Of a stretch of DNA of 32,000 nt, positions 7,604 to 15,925 are shown piece by piece. The notes under the pieces were generated by a model. The model was not told where the DNA came from, made no database searches, and saw only the letters and a list, made by a program, of their open reading frames with translations. The position numbers and the translations under genes are program-made. Source of the stretch: Synechococcus sp. A15-24 (GTDB taxonomy: Bacteria; Cyanobacteriota; Cyanobacteriia; PCC-6307; Cyanobiaceae); assembly GCF_014280195.1 (NCBI RefSeq), contig NZ_CP047960.1, positions 420,001 to 452,000 of the forward strand. The letters run 5' to 3'. Position 1 is the stretch's first letter. Each line of letters opens with the position of its first letter.

Positions 7604-8442
7604 AGGTCCCAGTAATCGCTGGGTTTTCCCATATATGCCAGCATTTGTAGGCTGTCAGGGCGGATACGTCGCAGAACTCGGCGTTTCAATCCGTCGTTCC
7701 ACTGTGGTTTCTCAACGTGACCTCGCCCTTTGTCTCCGGCCTGATTTTCTTTGGGCAGTTGACCATTGGCGTCTAAAAGTCTCTTAACCCTTGGTTTGAC
7801 GCCAAGAAAGTGCATCATGCTGCGTAGTGAACGCCGGGGTGAGCTGAGGAGATCTTCGAAGGTCATGCAATAAATCTGGTCATCTGGGTAAAAACGACGG
7901 AAGGCAGATAGGCGCTGGTAGTACATCGAGCAGCCAACAATCAGCTTGCGCAGGTGGCGGTCACGCATCAGTTCGCTGAAGTCAGCGCAGTCTGGATTGC
8001 GACCTCGGTAGTGACGCCATTGGGACACAATTCGGTCTAGCGGGTGACGAACGATATAAATCAATTTGAGATCTGGCAGGTATCGATGCATTAACTCTGG
8101 TGTTCGACTAAAGGAGTGCAGGCCACTGGCGTACATCGTGCTGCCTTCTCCCCTCAACGGAAAATCTTTGCCCTTTCTGAATCTCGAGGCATACCAGTCC
8201 CAGCCCTTTTTGTAATAACGACCGAAGAATTTGGGCTCCTTGGGTTTGCTGATGAAGACGTCTGGATGTTGCGGCAGGATTGTTGTGAGGGTTGTTGTGG
8301 CAGATTTGGCGGCGCCAATAACGATGAAATTGGGGAGAGAATCATGATGCTGAGCTACGATTTCGGCATGCTTGCCGCGAAGTCCAATGCGGATCAATTT
8401 TATGGAACTCGAGTTGGATGTCATATCAAATGTGTTGATCAA
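7600..8442 (-). CDS. Sulfotransferase, Sulfotransfer_1/3-like (P-loop-type PAPS binding)
   Basis: FIVIGAAKSATTTL (5'-PSB G..KsGTT-like) and IVRHPLDRIVSQW (3'-PB R.P.DR..S). The start is ambiguous: TTG at 8442 or ATG at 8424. Confidence 0.8.
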   Translation of the reverse strand: MINTFDMTSNSSSIKLIRIGLRGKHAEIVAQHHDSLPNFIVIGAAKSATTTLTTILPQHPDVFISKPKEPKFFGRYYKKGWDWYASRFRKGKDFPLRGEGSTMYASGLHSFSRTPELMHRYLPDLKLIYIVRHPLDRIVSQWRHYRGRNPDCADFSELMRDRHLRKLIVGCSMYYQRLSAFRRFYPDDQIYCMTFEDLLSSPRRSLRSMMHFLGVKPRVKRLLDANGQLPKENQAGDKGRGHVEKPQWNDGLKRRVLRRIRPDSLQMLAYMGKPSDYWDL

Positions 8443-9215
8443 GCATTTTGTTTTGTGCGTTGACGCTTCTTGGCCTTGACCACGCCTCGTTGGAGAGGGG
8501 GTAGCTTGTTAAGTTGATGGCCGTCGAGCAGGGCGTCGACGCTGTAGTCACCATAGAAGTGCTTGAAATCCTCTTCATAGCGTTCGATGACTCTGTCAAT
8601 CAGCGCTGCGGAATGGAACAGCACGCGAATATCACTACGCCCTTCGCGACGGACATTTTTCTGTGGGATGGCCCCAAGCGTGGGGAGACCCTCCAATTTC
8701 ATCCGGCGACGTAAGCGTCTCCAATGATCATTCATATGTTCCATGCGCCCGACAAATTTGGGGACGAGTTTGTTCGCACAAAGCAACATCTCGGCCTGCG
8801 GACGAACATGGTTGTCCATCAGCTCAGGATCGGACTTGCAGACAATTTCGATGAAATGATCAAAGGCCATGCCGTGGTGGAGGCCCATTGTTTTCATGGG
8901 CATCGGCACATCCTCAATTTCCAGAATCTTGTTGTTGTAGGCGGCTACTAGCCGGTCGAACGGATTACGAACAAAGCTGAAACTGAAGTGGCTAGAACGC
9001 AGTCGTCTGGCCTGCTGAGGAGTGACCAACTGGGTCTCACCATGGGTGTTTTCACGCCAGAATCGATCAGCAGTCGTTTTGATCCCTCCATCGGGACGAT
9101 TGGACAACAGTTTGCACAGCGTGGTTTTGATCGAGGAGTTGGCCACTTTCGGGACGCGCCCGTACAACAGCGGAATGTCCCGAAACAGGATGAAGTGCCG
9201 AGGCGACTTGCTCAT
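8439..9215 (-). CDS. Sulfotransferase, Sulfotransfer_2-like, paralog of 6899-7603
   Basis: LLYGRVPKVANSSIK and SFVRNPFDRLVAAYNNK. It shares an identical 20-nt string AATCTTGTTGTTGTAGGCGG with the paralog. It has a basic C-terminal tail KAKKRQRTKQNA and an ATGA overlap with the neuB stop. Confidence 0.8.
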   Translation of the reverse strand: MSKSPRHFILFRDIPLLYGRVPKVANSSIKTTLCKLLSNRPDGGIKTTADRFWRENTHGETQLVTPQQARRLRSSHFSFSFVRNPFDRLVAAYNNKILEIEDVPMPMKTMGLHHGMAFDHFIEIVCKSDPELMDNHVRPQAEMLLCANKLVPKFVGRMEHMNDHWRRLRRRMKLEGLPTLGAIPQKNVRREGRSDIRVLFHSAALIDRVIERYEEDFKHFYGDYSVDALLDGHQLNKLPPLQRGVVKAKKRQRTKQNA

Positions 9216-11476
9216 GCCGTCGCAGCTGCTTCGAGTAGTTCGAGGGCCAGCCAGGCAGCCTCACCCCCGTTTTTATGACCCTGCCAGATCTCGGGGATAA
9301 ACGAGGCCTTGGGGCAATGGTGATGAATCTGCTCGAACAGCTGCACCCAGTCGATGTCACCATCGTGAATTTGTAACCCTTCACCGTCCACATCCTTGGC
9401 ATCCGCCAGATGCAGGTGGGCTGTGAACGGCAGGATCTGATCGAGGAACTGACGAAATGGAATGTGTTGATGATTGCAGGCGAGTTTTGAGTGGGAGACG
9501 TCTAGGCAGACCCGCATGCCCTGCTCTTCACAGAACTGGCGGATGAAATCCTGGTCCACGAACAGGTTGTGAAAGCGTTGCCCACCGAAGTGCCAGGGAA
9601 AGGGGGGCATCGTCTGGGGAATGATCTCTACTTCGCCAGCGGTGTTGAGTTGCTGCAAGCTCGCAATCAATCGCTCGCGCAGGGGCTCACGCTCGTTGCG
9701 GTTGAGGTGATGGTGTTCAGAGAAGCCGCCCACATTGGTCACCAGCAACACCGGATCTGGGCATTGGAAGCGAGTCCTCAGATCCCTGGAGATGTCGATT
9801 ACACGCTGCAGTTCGGCGATCGAGTGGTCCCGATAGATCGAGTCCTCCGTGCAGAGGTCCAAGGTGTGGTCGCCGGCGAATAGCTCCGGTGCGTGAACCA
9901 CCAGGCCGATGCCTTGCCGATCCGGAAGGACCTGATTGAGGTCAACTTCCAGATCTTTGTAGCTGAGGTGGATCTCCACCAGATCGAGGTTGCTTACATC
10001 AGAAAAGACCTTGATGTCGTGATATCGAACGGGCAGACCAAACGGTTGTTTGAAGCGGTAGTGGCGTGGAGTCGCCGCCGGCGTTTCCAGATCGGATGGG
10101 AAGAACACCTCTCCCTGAGCCTTGGCCACGGGTAAGCGCCGACCGATCAGATCTTTCAGCCGGTTGGGTTGCAGACCCTGGCCCGGGCTCTGGATGCGCA
10201 CCATCGCTTCGGTGATCTCCGTCCCGGCCGGCACATCACATGCAGCCACGAGGCTTTTGGCCAGCACCTCACGGTTCATCATCTCGCCCTGGCTGATGCT
10301 GCGTTCGCCGCCCTGGCCCATGGATTCCTCCACCCGCCGGATGCCTTGCATCATCTGTGCGAATTCATCAGGCAACAGGCTCACTTTGTGGTCGTTGCCC
10401 TCCATGCCCCGATCGATGGTGATGTGTTTTTCGATCACCGAGGCCCCCATCGCCACCGCCGCGATCGGCACCTCAATCCCCCGCTCGTGGCCCGAATAGC
10501 CCACTGGTGCATCCGCCAGTTCCCGCAGACGTTCCAGGTAGCGCAGGTTCACGTCCTTGAACGGCGTGGGATAGGTGGAATTGCAGTGCAACAGCACGTA
10601 ATTCGCCCCTTCCTGCTGCAGATGACGGATGCCGGAGCGGATCTCCAGTTCGCTGGCCATACCGGTGGAACAGATCAGCGGTTTGCCGGTGGCGGCCAAC
10701 TGGCTGATCAACGCGTGGTTGGTGAAATCGGCGGAGGCCACCTTGAACCCCTCCATGCCCCAGCCATTCAGCTTCTCCAGGCTGGTCTCATCCCAGGGGG
10801 TGCACAGCGGCACGAGCCCTTTTGAGGCGGCGTAGTCGAAACAGCGGAACAACTCATCGTCGCTCAGCTGGAACCGTTCCAGCAGATCCAGGGTGTACTG
10901 GGTCCCCAGATCCGAGGCCATGTCATTGCTGTTGCCGGCGTTGCTGTACAGCTTCGACATGTCCCGCATCTGGAACTTGGCGCAGTCCGCACCAGCCGCA
11001 TGGACGGCATCAATCAGCTGAAGCGCTATTGCAACATCACCGTTGTGATTGTTGCCGATTTCGGCAATCACGAAACTGGGCTCTCCATCACCGATTCGGC
11101 GGGAGCCAAGCTGCAAACCGTCTGTGGCTGGTAACGCGACCGCCACGATCCGGCCGTGGCTGTCCAGCAATGGCAGGGCAATGATCCGCGACGTCAGCAG
11201 ACCTGCAAGTTCTGCAGGAGGCGTGCCCTCAGCAGCGTTGCGGCAGTCGGGGTTCATCGCCGCCGTTACCGGACGGTTCAAATCGATGTCACCGCAACTT
11301 GCAATCCAGCGACGGAAATCGCCATCGGTGAGAACACCCTGCAAGATGCCGGACTCCGACACCACAAAAATCAGCCGCGACTGATTGGCGGTGATTTTGC
11401 TGAGGGCGGAGAGGATCGTGTCTTCAGCGAATACGACGAACTGCGTGAAGTTCCTCTCGATCTGGATCCCCTTCAC
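9212..11476 (-). CDS. neuB: Nonulosonic (sialic-acid-like) acid synthase fusion: CBS pair + NeuB + SAF + xylose-isomerase-like TIM barrel
   Basis: N-terminus is CBS-like (ILQGVLTDGDFRRW). The NeuB core is FVIAEIGNNHNGDVAIALQLIDAVHAAGADCAKFQ. The SAF region is LVAACDVPAGTEITEAMVRIQSPGQGL. The C-terminal roughly 265 aa (about 9215-10009) has AP_endonuc_2/TIM-barrel-like HAPE...DVSH...HLAD...EIW blocks. GTG start. Confidence 0.85.
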   Translation of the reverse strand: MKGIQIERNFTQFVVFAEDTILSALSKITANQSRLIFVVSESGILQGVLTDGDFRRWIASCGDIDLNRPVTAAMNPDCRNAAEGTPPAELAGLLTSRIIALPLLDSHGRIVAVALPATDGLQLGSRRIGDGEPSFVIAEIGNNHNGDVAIALQLIDAVHAAGADCAKFQMRDMSKLYSNAGNSNDMASDLGTQYTLDLLERFQLSDDELFRCFDYAASKGLVPLCTPWDETSLEKLNGWGMEGFKVASADFTNHALISQLAATGKPLICSTGMASELEIRSGIRHLQQEGANYVLLHCNSTYPTPFKDVNLRYLERLRELADAPVGYSGHERGIEVPIAAVAMGASVIEKHITIDRGMEGNDHKVSLLPDEFAQMMQGIRRVEESMGQGGERSISQGEMMNREVLAKSLVAACDVPAGTEITEAMVRIQSPGQGLQPNRLKDLIGRRLPVAKAQGEVFFPSDLETPAATPRHYRFKQPFGLPVRYHDIKVFSDVSNLDLVEIHLSYKDLEVDLNQVLPDRQGIGLVVHAPELFAGDHTLDLCTEDSIYRDHSIAELQRVIDISRDLRTRFQCPDPVLLVTNVGGFSEHHHLNRNEREPLRERLIASLQQLNTAGEVEIIPQTMPPFPWHFGGQRFHNLFVDQDFIRQFCEEQGMRVCLDVSHSKLACNHQHIPFRQFLDQILPFTAHLHLADAKDVDGEGLQIHDGDIDWVQLFEQIHHHCPKASFIPEIWQGHKNGGEAAWLALELLEAAATA

Positions 11477-11514
11477 AGTTCGCCCCGCAGGTGCCTAAGC
11501 AGAACCAGTGGACA

Positions 11515-12828
11515 CTACCCCACGTCCCTGTAAGTCAGGCTCAGCAGCAGGCGCCTGATGATCCGGTTCCGTTGCTGCACAGCCCGTGAGCGGCGAGCCA
11601 CATTGCGATGGGTCGGTCGCATCAGGCTCCCGAGTTGCAACAGGCTCTGTGCTTCCTGCCAATTCTTTTGACGGATGGCTCGCTCAGCGTCGCGTCGCAG
11701 CTGCGTGAAGCTGAGATTGGCGTTGGAAAGATATCCCGATGTTGTGCTGAGGCGTTCAGGTGGATCGGCACGCAGCTGGCGTAGGGCCTCGATCAGCTCC
11801 ACAGGGTCGAGATTTGTGCCGTAGCCCATCCAAGCCAGCCAGTCGGCGTCTGGCGAGGGCAGTGAATGATCAAGAGCATCAAGGTCCTCGACCTCATCAA
11901 GGCAGCGCCAAACGCCCGATCCCGCGAAGACATGGCTGCCGTTGGCAGGATTGATGCCGAAGTCGGCTATCACCAGGGGCCTGCAGCCCATATCCAATGC
12001 GTCGAAAAAGGCGGTGGATGAAATGGTGGCCATCAGCCTGGCCTGACGCAGCAGGTCGGGCAAAGCCCGGTAGTCGAATTTCAGGTTGTCGGGGGGGTGG
12101 CCAAGGGTCTGCAGCAATGTTGTGCTGATGTGGTCTTTGATGCTGTGGAAGGTTGTCTCTCCAGGGGCAATACGCGGTTTGATCAACACCTCCCAGTCCG
12201 GGGAACGCCGGGCAAGGTCCGCCAAAATCCGCACCATCTCAGCGCGGTCAATGGGGTTTGAAGGCATCACCACCTGTTCCGCGAACACCAGTTGCTTGCG
12301 CCTCTGTTGTTGGTCGAGGAGCTGATCATCTGAGATCTCCTGGCGGTGCAATCCGGTGAGAACCGTGCGCTGACCGGCAAACGGACTTCCCTCCAGCATT
12401 CGGTCCAGCGCCTCACGATCCCGTGGGCCACTGAGGCAGACGAGGTCGTAACCCAGCCGCCAGCTCATGCCTTCCATGAACTTCTCCAGCACTACGCCGT
12501 TGAAGCCGCAGAACAACAGCGGTCGCTCACGACTGGGCAGCAATCCCAACGCCAGTCGAAAATCACTGACCTTGCTGCCGGTGAGGTACACACCAATGGC
12601 ATTGAACTGGCGCAGCTCGGGGTGAGTCAGCAATTGCCCCATGTCCAGCCGCCAAAGGTCACCAAGGGCAGCAGCCCGCTGCAGAATCGAATCGGGTGTT
12701 CCCTCACGCGGAATGGCGTTGATGGTGACCTGAATGTTGAGGTCCGACGGGAAGCGACATAGCGCTTCACAGGCCAACAATTGGCTGTCGCTGTCGCCGA
12801 TCAGCAACAGTTTGAACGGACCATTCAT
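11515..12828 (-). CDS. Paralog 1 of 3: putative CMP-sugar-dependent GT-B glycosyltransferase (polysialyltransferase/KpsS-like motif layout)
   Basis: VLIKPRIAPGE, then about 55 aa, then MATISSTAFFDALDMG. This mirrors hhKxHP ... SS/T..h.EA in KpsS, KpsC and NeuS. Clear paralogy to 12825-13880 and 13877-15208. It has a basic amphipathic C-terminal tail. Existence of the CDS is solid; the function is inferred. Confidence 0.6.
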   Translation of the reverse strand: MNGPFKLLLIGDSDSQLLACEALCRFPSDLNIQVTINAIPREGTPDSILQRAAALGDLWRLDMGQLLTHPELRQFNAIGVYLTGSKVSDFRLALGLLPSRERPLLFCGFNGVVLEKFMEGMSWRLGYDLVCLSGPRDREALDRMLEGSPFAGQRTVLTGLHRQEISDDQLLDQQQRRKQLVFAEQVVMPSNPIDRAEMVRILADLARRSPDWEVLIKPRIAPGETTFHSIKDHISTTLLQTLGHPPDNLKFDYRALPDLLRQARLMATISSTAFFDALDMGCRPLVIADFGINPANGSHVFAGSGVWRCLDEVEDLDALDHSLPSPDADWLAWMGYGTNLDPVELIEALRQLRADPPERLSTTSGYLSNANLSFTQLRRDAERAIRQKNWQEAQSLLQLGSLMRPTHRNVARRSRAVQQRNRIIRRLLLSLTYRDVG

Positions 12829-13880
12829 GGCAGCAACTCCACCAGGCGGCGGATCAGGCGCGCGGCGCCGTCATGCACCCCCCAGCCCATGGACTGCAGC
12901 CAGGACGTATTGACGGGTGGCAAACCCAGCAGTTGATCCATGTGGTCGATCGACTGCAGGCGATGCATCAGTCCGCTGCCGAAGAACGTCGTTGTGTCTT
13001 GATCGGAGTGGATGCCGTAATCGCCGATGAGCAGGGTTGGTCGGCCCCAGGCCATAGCAGTCAGGCTCCAGGGGGAGCTGACGCTGAGACAGGCGCTGCA
13101 GCTGGCCAGCTGGCTCAGGAGCTGACCAGGTGCACCAAACACCAGGTTGTCGGGGAAGGTCCAGTCGCTGGATTTGAACTTGGAGATCCAGGGCTGACCT
13201 TTCTCCCAGGCGTGGTCGCGTTGGATCACAATCGACCACTCCGGGGACGTTTCAGCCCAGCGGATCAATTGCTGCAGCAACTGTGCCTTGGCACCGATCT
13301 GGGTGGGGATGCCCTCCTGAACCAGAGCGAGCAGGGTATGGGGCGGTTTTGCGGTTCCGCCTTTGAGAGCTCCGAGGGGAGGACGTTCCGGAGAGAACCA
13401 ATGCCCGATCGCCACGATTGATGGACTGGCCACGCTCTCGGGCCAGAACTGTGTGATCGCCTCAAGCTCCCGTCGCTGACGATCCCCTGGCACCACCAAG
13501 AGATCACAGCATTGGCGGTCGCTCAGCTGATGAACCAGGCTGTCACCAAGGGAGGCCTGGAGAGGACCGCTGAACACCACAGCTGGCTGCACACCACGCT
13601 GCCGGGCGAGGTGTCGGTGAGCATGGGTAAAGAGCTCAAGGTGGTCGCTGCGACGGATGAACAACCCAACGGCGCTGGCGGACTCCAACAGCTCATGGCC
13701 CAGCAGATCCATCAGGGTCAGTGGGATTTGCGGGGTGACGGAAGGCAGAGGGCTGTCTCGGCTTGTGGACAGCGCCGGTCCAATGGTCAGGCAGGACTGA
13801 CCGCGCTGCTCAAGCTGCTGTTGCAGCAGCTGGCAGGCCATAGCGCTGCGGTCGTCATCACTGACCAGAAGGATTGTCAT
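12825..13880 (-). CDS. Paralog 2 of 3: divergent member (IVIQRDHAWEKG instead of KP[HR])
   Basis: SPEWSIVIQRDH...CLSVSSPWSLTAMAWGRPTLLIGDYG aligns with paralogs 1 and 3. I prefer ATG 13880 (MTILLVSDDD), which gives an ATGA overlap with the upstream stop, over GTG 13895. Confidence 0.55.
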   Translation of the reverse strand: MTILLVSDDDRSAMACQLLQQQLEQRGQSCLTIGPALSTSRDSPLPSVTPQIPLTLMDLLGHELLESASAVGLFIRRSDHLELFTHAHRHLARQRGVQPAVVFSGPLQASLGDSLVHQLSDRQCCDLLVVPGDRQRRELEAITQFWPESVASPSIVAIGHWFSPERPPLGALKGGTAKPPHTLLALVQEGIPTQIGAKAQLLQQLIRWAETSPEWSIVIQRDHAWEKGQPWISKFKSSDWTFPDNLVFGAPGQLLSQLASCSACLSVSSPWSLTAMAWGRPTLLIGDYGIHSDQDTTTFFGSGLMHRLQSIDHMDQLLGLPPVNTSWLQSMGWGVHDGAARLIRRLVELLP

Positions 13881-15208
13881 CGCTCCCTTAGCCACCGAGA
13901 CAACCAGCCAAAGCCCACCAGCCCATCGCGGAGTCGGCGCAGAAGGGTGCGGGTTTTGTGCCGTTTTTGCTGGCTGGAGCGCGCACCACCGCTGCTGAGC
14001 ATGCGGCGGCCGCCGTGACGGATGGCGTAGGTCTGCCAGCTGCGGCTGCCCCAGCTGGCCGGTCCAAGACCATCGCTTTGCAACGGGGGCCGCTCGCCAT
14101 GCAGTTGTTTCAACAGGGCTGTCAGAAAGATCTCCTGCCCTTGGGGTTGGTGGCCGTGGCGTTGCAACCAGTCGACCTTGTGAACGGGTGTGAACGGGTC
14201 ACGACAGATTGCCGCGAAGTCCGCAACGGCCCCTGATTCCGCAAAAAAGTGATTGCCCAGGGTCTCGGTGACACCGAGATCGCCCACAATTCGAGTGCTC
14301 ACGCCCATGGCCATGGCCTCAAGGGCTGCCGTTGACGAGACGGTGATGGCGCAGCCGCATTGCCGCAGCAGCCGCGTGGCTGGCTTGAAACTGAGTTGCA
14401 AATTGGGGACCGTGTCACTCATTCGCTCGATCACACCAGCCATTTCGCCGTGGCGACGGTGCAGGGTGCTCTCGATGCTGGAGGTTCGCGGTTTGAAGAT
14501 CACCGGATGATTGGGCCAGGCTTCCGCCAGCTCCTTGAGTTGCTTGCAGATGTAGCGCCGTTGCAGCGGATGGACCGGTATCGAGGGCTGCTCGAAGAAC
14601 ACAATCGATGGGTTGTCGGGCAAGGGTTGCTCGGATCTGGCGTTCCAGAGCAACGGCAAGCCCGTTACTACGGCGTTATCGCTGGTTAGCCCCAGGGCCT
14701 CACGGCCGCGCCGGTACTGGGCGAAATCCTGATCACTGTTGAGGCAGAGCAGATCAGCCCCGGAGCGATCCAGCATGCCCTCCAGGGCAAAACGGAAGAG
14801 AATGCCCGGATAGGCGCTGACAAGAACCGGGCGGTCCGTGCGGCGATGCCACTCTTTCGACAGCATCAGTAGCGCATCACGGCCGCGGAGACCGTCCAAG
14901 CCCAGAATCAGCACATCGGTATCACCGGCCATGGCGGCGGTGAGGCTGCGGAAGTCACCCCATGCTCCTTTTTTAATTGTGGTGCGGCGGTCCGTGCGGC
15001 TGATCTCCAGGCGTTGGCGGCGAGAGAGGGCCCGGTTGGACACCTGCAGCAGATGCAAGGTTGTCTCAGCTCCCTCACTCCGGCAGGCGGCGAGCAAGGT
15101 CATGGCCACCTTGCCGAAGGAGTCGAAGCAGGCGACGGCGGCCACCTTTCTGCCGGAGAGGCGCTTATCGGCAGCGGGCGCCATCGTCGGGCTCCGGGAA
15201 TCTGGCAA
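13877..15208 (-). CDS. Paralog 3 of 3: putative CMP-sugar-dependent GT-B glycosyltransferase
   Basis: VIFKPRTSSIE ... AITVSSTAALEAMAMGVSTRIVGDLG, and VLVSAYPGILFRFALEGM matching LLFCGFNGVVLEKFMEGM of paralog 1. The C-terminal tail is basic (KRHKTRTLLRRLRDGLVGFGWLSRWLRER). The start is TTG 15208 or ATG 15184. Confidence 0.6.
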   Translation of the reverse strand: MPDSRSPTMAPAADKRLSGRKVAAVACFDSFGKVAMTLLAACRSEGAETTLHLLQVSNRALSRRQRLEISRTDRRTTIKKGAWGDFRSLTAAMAGDTDVLILGLDGLRGRDALLMLSKEWHRRTDRPVLVSAYPGILFRFALEGMLDRSGADLLCLNSDQDFAQYRRGREALGLTSDNAVVTGLPLLWNARSEQPLPDNPSIVFFEQPSIPVHPLQRRYICKQLKELAEAWPNHPVIFKPRTSSIESTLHRRHGEMAGVIERMSDTVPNLQLSFKPATRLLRQCGCAITVSSTAALEAMAMGVSTRIVGDLGVTETLGNHFFAESGAVADFAAICRDPFTPVHKVDWLQRHGHQPQGQEIFLTALLKQLHGERPPLQSDGLGPASWGSRSWQTYAIRHGGRRMLSSGGARSSQQKRHKTRTLLRRLRDGLVGFGWLSRWLRER

Positions 15209-15210
15209 AA

Positions 15211-15891
15211 CTAACTGGCAGTGAGAGCCGCAAGGCTGCGGCAGAGGGCCAGATCGGCCGGTGTATCGATCTCCGGCCCCGAGTCCTCGATCACCACCGG
15301 TTGCCAGGGGGCACAGAAGCGGCTGCCTTCGGCGCGGAAACAGGCGGTGCTCATGGCGTAAATCGCACCGGTTTCCAGAAAGGCTGGCTCCAGGTCCTGC
15401 CGCCGTTGACGGGGTTGTTGGGGGTCGTGGTTGATCCCGCGGCCGTCACTGCGCCAGAGAAAGCCATGCCATGGCGCGACGGCGAAGGCACTGTTGATCT
15501 CTGGGTTCTCAAGTGCTGTCAGCACCTGGTCGATCTGCGCACCGCTGGTGAAAGGAGACGTGCACTGCAGGAAGACCAGCAGGGGAGGCAGTGGCCCTTG
15601 CTGTTCCAAGGTGTCCAGGGCATGCAGCAGGGCTGACTCGGAGCTGGCCGTGTCACCGGCGATGGCGACCGGACGACACACCACCTCAGCACCATGGACC
15701 TGGGCTTCCATGGCGATGGCGTCATCGTCGGTGCTGACCACCACCCGATCCACCCCGCGGCTAGCGAATGCAGCCTGCACACTGCGAGCCACCAGGGAGA
15801 GCCCGCCCACCTTCTGCAGATTCTTGCCGGGAATCCCTTTGGAGCCGCCCCGCGCTGGAATCACAGCCAGGGCTCCAGCGGTCGCGCTCAT
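15211..15891 (-). CDS. neuA: Acylneuraminate cytidylyltransferase (CMP-nonulosonate synthetase)
   Basis: LAVIPARGGSKGIPGKNL is the NeuA-type CTP_transf_3 N-terminal motif, not the KdsB-type IPAR..S.RLPGKPL. Size is 226 aa. Confidence 0.85.
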   Translation of the reverse strand: MSATAGALAVIPARGGSKGIPGKNLQKVGGLSLVARSVQAAFASRGVDRVVVSTDDDAIAMEAQVHGAEVVCRPVAIAGDTASSESALLHALDTLEQQGPLPPLLVFLQCTSPFTSGAQIDQVLTALENPEINSAFAVAPWHGFLWRSDGRGINHDPQQPRQRRQDLEPAFLETGAIYAMSTACFRAEGSRFCAPWQPVVIEDSGPEIDTPADLALCRSLAALTAS

Positions 15892-15925
15892 CAGAGAGGA
15901 TTCAGGTCGCTCCCCCTCCTACCCG

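Noticed and set aside
15431-15925. The 5' 495 nt of the 826-aa track ORF, which would extend KpsC across neuA on the opposite strand
   Set aside because: This part is Arg/Ser/Pro/Ala-rich with no motif and is fully antisense to a well-supported neuA. KpsC homology starts exactly at the in-frame ATG 15926 (MIQRFG...).
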